DNA of 64,000 nucleotides from a virus. Taxonomy: Duplodnaviria; Heunggongvirae; Uroviricota; Caudoviricetes. Location of the stretch: positions 38,486 through 102,485 of IMG/VR virus record IMGVR_UViG_2911215477_000001. The stretch is one strand, 5' to 3'. This document shows, piece by piece, positions 63,351-64,000 of the stretch. Both the position numbers and the translations under genes were made by a program. The stretch's first letter is position 1. Each line of letters opens with the position of its first letter. The notes below the pieces were generated by a model. That model saw only the letters and a program-made list of their open reading frames with translations, was not told where the DNA came from and searched no databases.

Positions 63351-63761
63351 ATGCCTGCGAACCCGGTATCCAACTACCTGAAAGCGAAGATCGAAGCGAC
63401 CGGCAAGACGCTCAAGGAGTTGGGAGCGGAAGCCGGCTTCAAGCAAGCGAACGCTTTCGTCCTCCTCAAGAGCGGCGACATGCGTCTGCCGATGGACCGC
63501 ATCCCTGGCGTTGCGAAGGCCATCGAGGCTGACGAGAAGGAACTCTTCGAACTCGCCCTGAAGCACTACGAGCCCACCGTCTACAAGATGATGCAGAAGC
63601 ACTACGCAGCCGGCGCAGTCGATCCTGAAGAGGTGAAGCTCCTGGCTGAGATAAAGCGCGCCATCGGCGGCAAGAGCATCAAGCACGATGCCAAGACGCG
63701 CTCTCTCATCCAGGAGGTTGTGAAGAACGTCTACGTCGGCGCAGCGCTCAAGAAGGCTTAA
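63351..63761 (+). CDS. HTH DNA-binding protein
   Basis: RBS GGAGAGAAG; helix-turn-helix-like LKELGAEAGFKQANAFVLLKSGD. Confidence 0.45.
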   Translation: MPANPVSNYLKAKIEATGKTLKELGAEAGFKQANAFVLLKSGDMRLPMDRIPGVAKAIEADEKELFELALKHYEPTVYKMMQKHYAAGAVDPEEVKLLAEIKRAIGGKSIKHDAKTRSLIQEVVKNVYVGAALKKA

Positions 63762-64000
63762 TTGATCGTCTTCTGGCGATGCTTGCGAAACCAATCTAGC
63801 GTCGCTCCCAACTCGTAACGAACGATTCGGCCCGTCTGGATAAAAGGCGGGCCTTTTCTTTGCCAGCGGTTGTTGATGAACCACTTCTCGCTCAGTCCGA
63901 GCAGTGCGGCAATCTCTTCGGTCGTCAAAGGCATGTCAGGCGCAGTCCTGGCCATGCGCTCCACACGCTCGTCCAGCGTGAGCGTTCTCAGTGCTCCCAT
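63758..64000 (-). CDS. AlpA/excisionase-like HTH protein; start may lie beyond the window edge
   Basis: LTTEEIAALLGLSEKWFINNRWQRKGPPFIQTGRIVRY, an AlpA/MerR-type motif. Confidence 0.45.
   Translation of the reverse strand: MGALRTLTLDERVERMARTAPDMPLTTEEIAALLGLSEKWFINNRWQRKGPPFIQTGRIVRYELGATLDWFRKHRQKTIN

Noticed and set aside
1-64000. CRISPR arrays, rRNA genes, transposase or IS elements, integrase
   Set aside because: No regularly spaced repeat-spacer array, no rRNA-like conserved stretches, and no DDE transposase or tyrosine/serine recombinase motifs were found. The repeats present are regulatory and irregularly spaced.

Overview
GC-rich 64-kb segment that reads as part of a large dsDNA bacteriophage genome, or a phage-derived element. 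I found no rRNA, tRNA or CRISPR. About 115 tightly packed CDSs, most of them translationally coupled (ATGA/GTGA stop-start overlaps), lie mostly on the minus strand. Minus strand 16.4-62.3 kb is a replication/recombination/nucleotide-metabolism module: DnaE-type Pol III alpha, DnaQ-like exonuclease, gp32-like SSB, RecA/UvsX, FEN, SbcC and SbcD, RuvC-like resolvase, class I RNR alpha plus a beta-glutaredoxin fusion, ThyA, dUTPase, a dNMP-kinase-like P-loop protein, a sigma-70-family sigma factor and a CobS/CobT-like pair. Plus strand 3.3-8.2 kb carries an SF2 helicase, a SleB-type lysin, an XRE regulator and DHFR. The block at 10-14 kb holds small acidic 'early-like' proteins, each preceded by a repeated regulatory cassette. 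A roughly 1.85-kb ORF-free region (14.2-16.0 kb) carries iteron-like repeats, an AT-rich tract and a polypyrimidine tract and may be an origin or control hub. Unusual cargo: a LuxR-type autoinducer-receptor homologue, a type IV pilin-like protein, an SPFH/band-7 protein, a Gp49/RyR-domain protein, a six-member tandem paralog family with a conserved C-terminal NPxEGxW tail, and a five-gene coupled operon (two ParB-like proteins, soluble ABC ATPase, GNAT-like protein, wHTH) at the left end. Two families of palindromic regulatory motifs recur: at least 23 copies of TGTATG-N-CATACA associated with TATAAT, and about 7 copies of CCATGG..CCGAnnnTCGG..CTCACTCACAG. Many ORF-track start codons are artefacts created by these motifs (MHIH/MSIH/MESP), so I re-called starts from RBS evidence where I could.
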